Below, piece after piece: positions 51,243 to 58,526 of a stretch of DNA of 60,342 nucleotides. Each line of letters begins with the position of its first letter. The stretch's first letter is position 1. The DNA is from a virus (taxonomy: Duplodnaviria; Caudoviricetes). The DNA is taken from positions 1-60,342 of IMG/VR virus record IMGVR_UViG_3300005613_000071; one strand, 5' to 3'. The notes under the pieces are model-generated. The model did not search any database. It had not been told where the DNA came from and was given only the letters and a program-made list of their open reading frames with translations. A program made the translations under genes and the position numbers.

Positions 51243-51274
51243 TGGTACCCCCGACAGGATTCGAACCTGTGACC
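51243..51274 (-). pseudogene. Orphan 3' part of a canonical tRNA (T-arm, acceptor 3' strand, CCA)
   Basis: GGTC-ACAGG-TTCGAAT-CCTGT-CGGGGGT-A-CCA with no matching 5' half nearby. Confidence 0.8.
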
Positions 51275-51313
51275 TGATGTATTTAATTTGTATCTTAGGT
51301 TCAAATATACGAA

Positions 51314-51802
51314 ATGAATCATTGCACTTACTGCGGAGCGGAAAGCAAAAACCCAAGGTTCTGCTCCAGGTCTTGCTCGGCCAGCTATACAAACAAGGCT
51401 TCACCGAAAAGAAAGTTAAAAAGAAAATGCAAGAAGTGCGATGAAGTAGTAAGAAACTATAGGTCTACACTTTGCCAGCTACACTGGGATGAACACACGG
51501 AGTGGAACAAAGAGAATAGAAGGTCAAAGACGATAGGCGAAGTCGTGGAAAAAAGATCTAATCTACATCGCAGCTCAGCATATGCTGATATAAGAAACTT
51601 TGCGCGACACGATCACAAAGAAATGCTGAAGAATCCATGCTACAACTGTGGATATGATAAGCATGTTGAACTGTGTCATATAAAAGCCATAAGCGAGTTC
51701 ACGTTAGAAGCAACAATCAACGAGGTTAACGCTGCCTCTAACGTGATTCAACTCTGCCCTAACTGCCATTGGGAATTTGACAACGGCGTGTTAGAATTGT
51801 AG
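51314..51802 (+). CDS. HNH homing endonuclease with N-terminal zinc fingers
   Basis: CTYC, FCSRSC, CKKC; CYNCGY...ELCHIK...N...NVIQLCPNCH; antisense to the surrounding operon. Confidence 0.85.
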   Translation: MNHCTYCGAESKNPRFCSRSCSASYTNKASPKRKLKRKCKKCDEVVRNYRSTLCQLHWDEHTEWNKENRRSKTIGEVVEKRSNLHRSSAYADIRNFARHDHKEMLKNPCYNCGYDKHVELCHIKAISEFTLEATINEVNAASNVIQLCPNCHWEFDNGVLEL

Positions 51803-51873
51803 ACGGGGTGGGACTCCAACCCACATATGCCAATTTAGAAGATTGGTGCATTATGCTGTTATGCTACCCGTCC
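51800..51873 (-). tRNA. tRNA-Arg (anticodon TCT), divergent
   Basis: Acceptor GGACGGG/CCCGTCT; D-stem GCAT/ATGC; anticodon arm CCAAT-CTTCTAA-ATTGG; T-arm GTGGG-TTGGAGT-CCCAC; no encoded CCA. Confidence 0.75.
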
Positions 51874-51880
51874 ATATGGT

Positions 51881-51959
51881 TGTCGGCGAGGTGGGGCTTG
51901 AACCCACATGTGACCTATTACTCTTTCTACAAGGTATAAGCTTGAGGAGATACTCGCCG
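51881..51959 (-). ncRNA. Atypical tRNA-like RNA lacking a normal D-arm
   Basis: Acceptor CGGCGAG/CTCGCCG; T-arm GTGGG-TTCAAGC-CCCAC; CAAG-CTTATAC-CTTG hairpin. Confidence 0.6.
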
Positions 51960-52121
51960 TTATTCTTCGTCCCTCTCCTCGTGAGTGCTTGTCTGGTTTT
52001 CTATCCAGTTTACGTAAGCCTCTATACCTTCTTGAGTAATCGTGATGTCATCCCACCACTCATTTTGAGAATCGCTCTGCGAATCCTCCTGAGTAGTCTT
52101 TTTCTTCTTCGATTTCTCCAT
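51960..52121 (-). CDS. Possible small hypothetical protein (53 aa, MEKSKKKKTTQ...)
   Basis: Read manually; overlaps upstream gene in +1 frame. Confidence 0.3.
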   Translation of the reverse strand: MEKSKKKKTTQEDSQSDSQNEWWDDITITQEGIEAYVNWIENQTSTHEERDEE

Positions 52122-52386
52122 TCTCTTTTAATTCTTTTACCATCTGTTCTAGCTTTTGTCGCTCTATAATTAACTCCTTGCAGTCTATTGCTGTCTGCTT
52201 AATCGACTGAAGCTCTGCTTTACGTGCCGAGCCGCCAGCTTCTGGATCTACAGGCCTTCTAACTTCATCTATCATATTGTCGATAGCTACCTGCATGCTG
52301 TCCATCAGCCTCTCCGCTGCATCAACTGTCTTGAACTTCGACGTAGAGGAATCGGTCTTCGGGGATGCGGATATATTCTTTGCCAT
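52060..52386 (-). CDS. Helical protein, candidate terminase small subunit
   Basis: Coiled-coil protein upstream of terL block ending GGFAERFSK; function inferred from position only. Confidence 0.5.
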   Translation of the reverse strand: MAKNISASPKTDSSTSKFKTVDAAERLMDSMQVAIDNMIDEVRRPVDPEAGGSARKAELQSIKQTAIDCKELIIERQKLEQMVKELKENGEIEEEKDYSGGFAERFSK

Positions 52387-52927
52387 CGATCTTAAATCTA
52401 TAGTCTATATTTTTCTCAAAACCTACGACATCGCCAACCTTAAGGCCCATGCGCTTTGTCTCTTCGCTTTCGAACGCGAGCTTAGCTTTCGTAGTAGGCT
52501 TCTCTTTGAGCTCTACAGTTACCAGGCCAGACTTACCCTCCTTGATGCTCTCTTTCTCTTCCTCTATAGGCGACAAGATCGCCCACCCACCTAGCGGGCG
52601 TACCTCCCCGTCTTTCTTACTCTTGTATGCTATAGCTTGGTTGCTGATAGCGTGCTCTTCGTTGTAGCGCACCAAGAAGTTGTTCTCTATACCAGTCAGT
52701 GGCTGACCCTCATTGAGGACCACCAGGTGGTGGAAGTACAGCGTATCGCCAACTTCAACACCAGTGTCGTACTTAAAGGGTGTGGCCACCACAGGAGCTT
52801 CATTCTTCCTGAGGTCGAACTCTCGAAAGCGATTGTCGACATACAGCTCTAGACCACCAGCAGTAGTCACTGTGTCTTCAATCTGCTTGTCTAGTTCTAT
52901 GACAAACAAATCAAATGTTCTCATCAT
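52322..52927 (-). CDS. GroES-like co-chaperonin (two tandem Cpn10-like domains)
   Basis: TTAGGLEL...GVEVGDTLYF and KSGLV...GLKVGDVVGF...IDGKEY. Confidence 0.75.
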   Translation of the reverse strand: MMRTFDLFVIELDKQIEDTVTTAGGLELYVDNRFREFDLRKNEAPVVATPFKYDTGVEVGDTLYFHHLVVLNEGQPLTGIENNFLVRYNEEHAISNQAIAYKSKKDGEVRPLGGWAILSPIEEEKESIKEGKSGLVTVELKEKPTTKAKLAFESEETKRMGLKVGDVVGFEKNIDYRFKIDGKEYIRIPEDRFLYVEVQDS

Positions 52928-53166
52928 TAAAAATTCAAGTCGTATTCAATTATCACGGGCATACCATTGACGCTCTTCCATAGGGCGTTTTCGCCATCTG
53001 TGTTCACGTATATGAGATACCGCGTTGATGCAAATTTATGAAGAAATTCTGTATCTAGCACGATAGCAGAAACATTTCCTTCGCCAGCTCTCATGCCGAC
53101 ATAATAGGCCATCCCGTTCTTAGGGTCTTGGCCAATAATAATTTTTCTTACGTATCCTTCTTCCAT
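52927..53166 (-). CDS. Hypothetical protein
   Basis: VRKIIIG...MAYYVG...WK...MPVIIEYDLNF; coupled to GroES-like gene. Confidence 0.7.
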   Translation of the reverse strand: MEEGYVRKIIIGQDPKNGMAYYVGMRAGEGNVSAIVLDTEFLHKFASTRYLIYVNTDGENALWKSVNGMPVIIEYDLNF

Positions 53167-53462
53167 TAGTTTAGAGATATACCGAGATCTCCCAGCATAT
53201 CCCCCAGGCTGTCGTCTTCATCAGAGTAGGTGCTCTTCATAACGTCTATGACGAGATCGAGCTCCTCCCATGAATCTAGATTGTAGCTGAAGAGAGACTT
53301 CATCTCTACTGATTCATCTTCGGTCGATTCAATTTCATCCATGAGTCCTACTACTATAGCTGACATCACCCTGTCCTCATATCCTCTTGACTTAACAAAG
53401 TTCTCGATTTCGAGTACCTTAGCGTAAAGCTCAGACAAGAATTCCACGTCTTCGTAGTTCAT
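53166..53462 (-). CDS. Acidic hypothetical protein
   Basis: Coupled ORF; TATCTTAG promoter-like box upstream. Confidence 0.7.
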   Translation of the reverse strand: MNYEDVEFLSELYAKVLEIENFVKSRGYEDRVMSAIVVGLMDEIESTEDESVEMKSLFSYNLDSWEELDLVIDVMKSTYSDEDDSLGDMLGDLGISLN

Positions 53463-53494
53463 GGTTTATTTTTGTCTAAGATACAAATAAATTT

Positions 53495-53917
53495 ATGCCT
53501 AAGAGTAAAGTAAAAAAGAAACGGTTGTTTAGAGAGGTCTCGTTTATGAACGAGCGATACATAAATCACAACCACCTTAAGAACTTTCGAGCAGCTCGTA
53601 TCATGTTCTGCGAGGACAACGACATCTCGTTCAGCCACCTAGAGTTCCTTTTATGGGCTTACGACAAAGAGTTCTGGACTATCAACTACGCAGCTGACGA
53701 GTACGGGTTCAATAAGAAGAACTTCGGCAACAGGATGCTATGGCCCCTTATGAAGCAAGGCCTCGTATATAAGCATTTCGACAAGCTTACCCCTAGTGCC
53801 TCTCGTGAGGACCACCTCTTCCGTGACGAGACTAAGATGAACTACCGAGTGCGCTATGCTATAACGCAAAAAGCCCGCATGGTGGTGCAGGCTTTTTACA
53901 GAAGGCTAGAATATTAA
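53495..53917 (+). CDS. Winged-helix (MarR-like) DNA-binding protein
   Basis: ISFSHLEFLLW...PLMKQGLV...YAITQKARMVV; divergent from neighbouring operon. Confidence 0.6.
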   Translation: MPKSKVKKKRLFREVSFMNERYINHNHLKNFRAARIMFCEDNDISFSHLEFLLWAYDKEFWTINYAADEYGFNKKNFGNRMLWPLMKQGLVYKHFDKLTPSASREDHLFRDETKMNYRVRYAITQKARMVVQAFYRRLEY

Positions 53918-54387
53918 GTTAGGATCGGCTCGTAGTAAGTCTTGCCTTTATCATCTCGAACAGCTTTAAGGCAGCGCCCACGATTATCTCCGCCATAAAC
54001 GTAACTGACGTGAACCCAATCAGGATTGTCTTCGTCACCAAACTCCCAGATAAGCTGATCAAACGTAAGGTTGTTGAGTATATACTGGAAGATTTGAGAA
54101 TTTGTGCACTGTCCAAATACATCTGCGTCCAGGTCGAGTGCTCTTCCTTCCACGTGTTGACTGCGGCTTGACCCGCCAATAGCAGTGTTGAGCTCAGCCG
54201 AACGATAGCCGCTCGACACGTATATAGGGCACCCGAAAGCGTCCCTAAGAGGTTGAAATATATTGAGCGCAACTTGTCTAAGGTTCTCGATAACCCAGTC
54301 ATCATCAGGTGTATTATTGATGCCACGTCGAGAAGCTGTTGTGCTTTTCGTGCATTCGGCAAGAGTTAGATTTTTAGAAAGATTCAT
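53914..54387 (-). CDS. Endolysin, peptidase M15 family
   Basis: SSGYRS..LN..IGGSSRSQHVEGRALD...WVHVSY. Confidence 0.9.
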   Translation of the reverse strand: MNLSKNLTLAECTKSTTASRRGINNTPDDDWVIENLRQVALNIFQPLRDAFGCPIYVSSGYRSAELNTAIGGSSRSQHVEGRALDLDADVFGQCTNSQIFQYILNNLTFDQLIWEFGDEDNPDWVHVSYVYGGDNRGRCLKAVRDDKGKTYYEPILT

Positions 54388-54409
54388 GCCTTGTGGTGGA
54401 GAGGGCGCG

Positions 54410-54604
54410 TTACTTCTGACCAGTCACGCGTCTGTACTCCTCTACAAGAGCCTTCGCCGCTGGAGTTCCTTTGGCAGCAGCGATCTGACCTTCAAGAGAA
54501 GCTATCTTCTTCTTCTTTTCTTTCTCGTTCTTCACAGTCGTATAGAGAGACTTCTGAGCGACACCCCCTTCGGAGTACATTGGGTATTTCTTTTTTGCTT
54601 TCAT
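54410..54604 (-). CDS. Small basic protein
   Basis: MKAKKKYPMYSEGG; -7 box 5 nt upstream (54610-54617). Confidence 0.65.
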   Translation of the reverse strand: MKAKKKYPMYSEGGVAQKSLYTTVKNEKEKKKKIASLEGQIAAAKGTPAAKALVEEYRRVTGQK

Positions 54605-54618
54605 GTTTGCAAATATAA

Positions 54619-55209
54619 TCACTTAGAGTCAACCTCCTCAAACAGAATCTTTTGAATGTAACCCTGAGTCTCTTTAGGTAGGTACTCTAGCCACTCCCTA
54701 GGGTCGCCATAGATATCTACGCCCTCAGCCTTAGCTCTCTCCAAAGCCTTCAAGACTGTTCCCTCCCCTGCATTATAGCTGCCGTATATACGAGCTAGCC
54801 TGTTGACTTCAGGGATGGGCTTAGGTGGCGACTTCACAAAAGAAAGACCAGAGATAGCTTCTATCTTGGCGTCACGCATGATGCGGCTATCAAGAGGGTC
54901 GAAAGGATCTAACCCCTTAGAGATAAAACCCCTATCCTCTAAATCCTTCTGCGTAGCTGGCATGATCTGCCAACGCCCACGAGCGCCAGCTGGAGAGACA
55001 GCGCGGTCAGGGTCTCTCTCCCCGCCAGTCTCCGCCATCATCTGACGCAAGATGCGGTCGCTAGAATTGGTTACATAGCTGAGAGTGTCGCTGCCATGAA
55101 CAGAAGACTCAGGGTCATCAACATAGAACACCTCCCCGCCAGGACCCTCAACCTTAACCTGCTTCACAGGCTTGATGGGATCACCGTTGCTTAATCGTAT
55201 TGATTTCAT
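54619..55209 (-). CDS. Lytic transglycosylase (SLT domain)
   Basis: AETGG...AVSPAGARGRWQIMPAT...SYNAGEG...LPKETQGY. Confidence 0.85.
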   Translation of the reverse strand: MKSIRLSNGDPIKPVKQVKVEGPGGEVFYVDDPESSVHGSDTLSYVTNSSDRILRQMMAETGGERDPDRAVSPAGARGRWQIMPATQKDLEDRGFISKGLDPFDPLDSRIMRDAKIEAISGLSFVKSPPKPIPEVNRLARIYGSYNAGEGTVLKALERAKAEGVDIYGDPREWLEYLPKETQGYIQKILFEEVDSK

Positions 55210-55349
55210 ATCAGAAACAAAGATACAGTCTTTGCGCCTATTCAGCATTTAAAGCTACAGCCTAGTGATTTTCTTAAATCACCTCATATCTTCTTAGTAG
55301 TGTTTCTCTATTTACTTAAGAAGCTTATCCCTTTCCCCTTGTTGCTTCG

Positions 55350-55388
55350 AGGCAAAGTTACAGCAAAAAACTTACAATGTCAACCCCC
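55350..55388 (-). promoter_or_regulatory. Leftward promoter (TTGACA ... TAACTTTG)
   Basis: Reverse complement reads GGTTGACATTGTAAGTTTTTTGCTGTAACTTTGC. Confidence 0.6.
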
Positions 55389-55878
55389 TAGAGTATTGCT
55401 TTAAGTAATAAGCGTAACTCACTGCTATAGAACAGCTTATATGATACATGCATAGGAAAAAGAAGCAGTGATCGAGAGTGGACTCGCCTAAGAAAAGAAG
55501 TGAGAAATAAAGATTGTGGGGATAATACGTACCTATAGACGTCACACCCCCGCACCCGAAACGCATTACGTACCCCCGTGGGTACAACACGCTACACGTT
55601 TGGCGCATACATTTCAGCTTTTCGTAACAGGCTGGTGGCGAGCAGGTTAGAGCACGGCAGTTGGAGTAGCGGTACAGGTTGGAGTTTGTAGCGTCTATCT
55701 TCGATAGAGGACAATCCCCTCTCCCCTTCCCCACGAATCTGCGATTCACGTCGCATATGACGCCACACTGCAATGCGCTGTCCAGGTCATGACCCGTTGT
55801 CCAGCCTCATGTATGTACGCGGTCTGATGGGCCTTTTTACCCCCCTTAGGGGGTAACTTTTTTATCAGCAAAAAAAGA

Positions 55879-55911
55879 TTTGGAATTTGGCGGAAGTCGG
55901 TTATACCTTTG
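55879..55911 (+). promoter_or_regulatory. Early rightward Bacteroidota promoter (-33 TTTG, -7 TACCTTTG)
   Basis: TTTG 55879-55882, 21-nt spacer, TACCTTTG 55904-55911; A-tract upstream. Confidence 0.75.
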
Positions 55912-55963
55912 CAGAGCCATCGGCAATCGGTTGGTGGCATTCAAACTTCAAACTTCATCTCCG

Positions 55964-56527
55964 ATGAACAACAATCAATCTCGTATCAACCTCCTCAAGG
56001 AGGTTAAGTCAGCAGTCAACACTGCTTCGTTCGCTCCAACCTCAGACCGCATCGAAGATGCGAAGAAGGCGGTTCAGGAACTCATGTCATACGTCGAATC
56101 CCTCGAAGAGGGACTGAAGCCAAAGCGTCGTCGTAAGACGAAGCAGAAGTCTTCCAAGGCTACCCCAGCTACCAAGGTAGCAGACCGCCAAGAGAAGGCT
56201 TTCCATGGCCGTCCTGACACTCCTGTCACACCATCCACACGGAAGCCGAAGGCTTCGGTCGAGGCGGCTCGGAAAGCGGCTCACGACGTGTCACGTCACA
56301 CAGGGGCTGAAAGCCGAGCCAAGCGGAAAGCCGAGGCAGTCAAGGAGGCTGTCGTCATGCCGAAGGCCGCACCTATGAAGGTGACATCACATGATGAGGC
56401 TCGATTGGCCGACCTCGAAGCTAAGATTGAGGCTCTGATTGCCTTGCAATCCATGGGGCATGACGTTACACGTTCTGCTGAAGTACTCTTCAGCGACCTC
56501 CCCTTCGACCCTACTTCAAACCTCTAA
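55964..56527 (+). CDS. First early protein; Lys/Ala-rich with DLPF near the C-terminus
   Basis: ATG 55964 after promoter and TCAAACTTCAAA leader. Confidence 0.7.
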   Translation: MNNNQSRINLLKEVKSAVNTASFAPTSDRIEDAKKAVQELMSYVESLEEGLKPKRRRKTKQKSSKATPATKVADRQEKAFHGRPDTPVTPSTRKPKASVEAARKAAHDVSRHTGAESRAKRKAEAVKEAVVMPKAAPMKVTSHDEARLADLEAKIEALIALQSMGHDVTRSAEVLFSDLPFDPTSNL

Positions 56528-56537
56528 TTCATTGAAA

Positions 56538-56696
56538 ATGAACATCTGGCAACAACACATCAACGCCAACTACCGCAGGATGGTAGCTGAACTCAACGAT
56601 ATGGCTCGTTTCGAAGGAAACGACAAGGCTCTTGCGACGCTTGATGCCATCCTCGACTGCCTGAATGCTCAAAGAGCACAACTCGAACAACAATAA
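56538..56696 (+). CDS. Small early protein (52 aa)
   Basis: MNIWQQHINANY...; in-frame ATG just after upstream stop. Confidence 0.6.
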   Translation: MNIWQQHINANYRRMVAELNDMARFEGNDKALATLDAILDCLNAQRAQLEQQ

Positions 56697-56701
56697 CCCT
56701 T

Positions 56702-56760
56702 GAGTGGGGGAGTATATACACCTTCTGAGTTTACGAAGAAGGTGATATACGACCCCTCTC
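56702..56760 (+). repeat. GA-mismatch hairpin element, copy 1
   Basis: GGGG-GA-GTATAT-A-CACCTTCT-GAGTTTACGA-AGAAGGTG-ATATAC-GA-CCCC. Confidence 0.85.
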
Positions 56761-56796
56761 TCTAACTCGAAATTCAAACTTCAAAATTCAATCATC

Positions 56797-57000
56797 ATGT
56801 CAAACGTTTCAGACATCATCGACTCCGTCATCGCTTCAGGTTACATGACAAGTGTAGACGTATACAAGACGTTCGAGGACTCCGAAGCCGAACGGAAGTA
56901 CATCCTCAAGTATCACTTGGACGAAGAACTTGAGCAGTTCTTGATGTGCAAGGCAATGGAGGATGCTCTCACCCCCAAGCCTGACAAGCCCCCATACTGA
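56797..57000 (+). CDS. Small early protein
   Basis: 67-aa ORF after TCAAACTTCAAA leader. Confidence 0.65.
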   Translation: MSNVSDIIDSVIASGYMTSVDVYKTFEDSEAERKYILKYHLDEELEQFLMCKAMEDALTPKPDKPPY

Positions 57001-57007
57001 CATCACA

Positions 57008-57060
57008 GGTACACTGATGAGCCTTGATTAGGCGAAACACCCCCTTGGGGTGTCTGTATC
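57008..57060 (+). ncRNA. Type I hammerhead ribozyme 1
   Basis: GGTACA-CTGATGA-GCCT(TGATT)AGGC-GAAA-CACCCC(CTT)GGGGTG-TC-TGTATC; complete core; predicted cleavage after C57054. Confidence 0.9.
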
Positions 57061-57080
57061 AAACTTCAAATCTGTTCACC

Positions 57081-57209
57081 ATGAACCCTTCCAAACTCCA
57101 AGCCATCCTCGACATGTTCGAAACCTTCGGTGCTGACGTGATGTGTAACACCTCTGACTGGTGTGACCTGACCTGCGAAGAGCAGATGATTGTCGAGGCC
57201 AACCTGTAA
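57081..57209 (+). CDS. Small early protein (42 aa) bracketed by the two hammerheads
   Basis: MNPSKLQAILDMF...; stop abuts ribozyme 2. Confidence 0.6.
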   Translation: MNPSKLQAILDMFETFGADVMCNTSDWCDLTCEEQMIVEANL

Positions 57210-57261
57210 GGTACACTGACGAGTCCTCAATGGACGAAACACCCTTCGGGGTGTCTGTATC
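57210..57261 (+). ncRNA. Type I hammerhead ribozyme 2
   Basis: GGTACA-CTGACGA-GTCC(TCAAT)GGAC-GAAA-CACCC(TTCG)GGGTG-TC-TGTATC; predicted cleavage after C57255. Confidence 0.9.
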
Positions 57262-57280
57262 AAACTTCAATTCATCAGAG

Positions 57281-57463
57281 ATGAACACATATCATTACAT
57301 CATCTACTACCAGCGTGACCGCGACGATTGGCGCGATGGTCATATCACGGCTAACAGCCTCGAAGAGGCCTTGAGCAAGTGTCACTACAACTTCCGTCAC
57401 ACTCCGTGGACCTTGAAGAAGGTGGAGTTGGTAAAAGATAACTCGTTGATTGTCAACGCATAA
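57281..57463 (+). CDS. Small early protein (60 aa)
   Basis: MNTYHYIIYY...ITANSLEEAL. Confidence 0.65.
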   Translation: MNTYHYIIYYQRDRDDWRDGHITANSLEEALSKCHYNFRHTPWTLKKVELVKDNSLIVNA

Positions 57464-57474
57464 CATCACATTAC

Positions 57475-57549
57475 ATGAACAAAAACTTGAACCTCGCTTT
57501 CCTTGCGTGGATGTCACTCCTTGCGTTGGTGGCCTTCCTCCAACACTAA
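57475..57549 (+). CDS. 24-aa hydrophobic peptide MNKNLNLAFLAWMSLLALVAFLQH
   Basis: Read manually; single TM-like helix filling the intergenic gap. Confidence 0.45.
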   Translation: MNKNLNLAFLAWMSLLALVAFLQH

Positions 57550-57553
57550 AATA

Positions 57554-57611
57554 GAGAGGTGAGTATATATACCTTCTGAGTTTACGAAGAAGGTAATATA
57601 CGAACCCTCTC
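57554..57611 (+). repeat. GA-mismatch hairpin element, copy 2
   Basis: Same core with compensatory TACCTTCT/AGAAGGTA; outer stem GAGAGG/CCTCTC. Confidence 0.85.
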
Positions 57612-57637
57612 AAATGTCAAACTTCAAACTTCAAATC

Positions 57638-57862
57638 ATGAAAAACTTCTTTTCTCAACCTGTTGGCCGTGCGGTTCTGTTCCTCAACGGCTTCCACTTC
57701 GGAAAGCGACTCAACGACCTGAATCGGTGTGCTCGGCTTGTTCCGAAGGACGTGAAGGGCTTTGCCTCCCTCCTCACAATGATGCCTGACGCTGACGCTG
57801 AACACGTTGGCGCAATCATCGACGAGTTGGTGTTCCTCGCTGACCAAATCGAGGGGGTATGA
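57638..57862 (+). CDS. Small early protein
   Basis: MKNFFSQ... after TCAAACTTCAAACTTCAAA leader. Confidence 0.65.
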   Translation: MKNFFSQPVGRAVLFLNGFHFGKRLNDLNRCARLVPKDVKGFASLLTMMPDADAEHVGAIIDELVFLADQIEGV

Positions 57863-58056
57863 CACAAGATAAATGCGAACGTGCAGTCCAAGCACTGCAA
57901 AACCACGGCTTCAAGGCCTCTCACGTAATGGGTGGACCTGACGACCACGGGGTGTGGTTGGATGCCGTATGGACAGACAAGCTCGGAGATGCGTGTAGCT
58001 TCCGCATCCACGACGAAGAAATCGAATGGTGGCAAACCCAAAACGAACCAGCATGA
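57859..58056 (+). CDS. Small early protein
   Basis: ATGA-coupled 65-aa ORF. Confidence 0.65.
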   Translation: MTQDKCERAVQALQNHGFKASHVMGGPDDHGVWLDAVWTDKLGDACSFRIHDEEIEWWQTQNEPA

Positions 58057-58199
58057 CACAAGCAGAACGACTCGACAACCGCACGAAGAACTGCGGTAGC
58101 TTTGAACTTGCGCTCATCAGGGCGTGGTTCAAGGCCGATAGCAACAACAAGAAGATTCTCGAAAACGCCTTCAAGGGCACAATGTTTGACCTCACATGA
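58053..58199 (+). CDS. Small early protein (48 aa, GSF...L..AWFKADSNN..IL..AF)
   Basis: Read manually; ATGA overlaps at both ends. Confidence 0.6.
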   Translation: MTQAERLDNRTKNCGSFELALIRAWFKADSNNKKILENAFKGTMFDLT

Positions 58200-58378
58200 A
58201 AAATTACCATAAGTGCCACAAGTGTGGCGGCCAAGGAATCTTCCTCGAATCACAAGAAGTGGGGTGCACCACAAACGGATACATCCAGATAGAGCACGAC
58301 TACGAGTGCGAGGACTGCCGAGCCACATGGGAAGTAAACTTTGAATTAACACCAAAAGAAAGAGATAACCATGAATGA
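58196..58378 (+). CDS. Zinc-ribbon protein
   Basis: CHKCGG...CEDCRATW. Confidence 0.7.
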   Translation: MKNYHKCHKCGGQGIFLESQEVGCTTNGYIQIEHDYECEDCRATWEVNFELTPKERDNHE

Positions 58379-58514
58379 CATCATCGAAGTAATCATCGAA
58401 CTCTCCCGTATGCAGGGGCAGGCAATCGATCGGGCACAGGCAGAGGCCATCAACACTGCCGTAGAGAAAGGCTACGACAAGTGGCAAAACGAATCAAAGG
58501 ATTTGGTTGATTGA
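58371..58514 (+). CDS. Small early protein (47 aa, MNDIIEVII...)
   Basis: Read manually; overlaps upstream ORF end. Confidence 0.5.
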   Translation: MNDIIEVIIELSRMQGQAIDRAQAEAINTAVEKGYDKWQNESKDLVD

Positions 58515-58526
58515 AGTTTGACCATC

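Noticed and set aside
51243-51274. attP site of a temperate phage
   Set aside because: No integrase or lysogeny module recognised; adjacency to the HNH gene gives a simpler explanation, though it is not fully excluded
51243-51873. tRNA split by a group I intron encoding the HNH
   Set aside because: No matching 5' half, the flanking tRNA is complete in itself, the HNH is antisense, and there is no room for an intron core
55372-55940. Minus-strand ORFs 55372..55773 and 55746..55940
   Set aside because: Atypical composition, non-ATG starts and overlap with promoter and hairpin elements; likely non-coding
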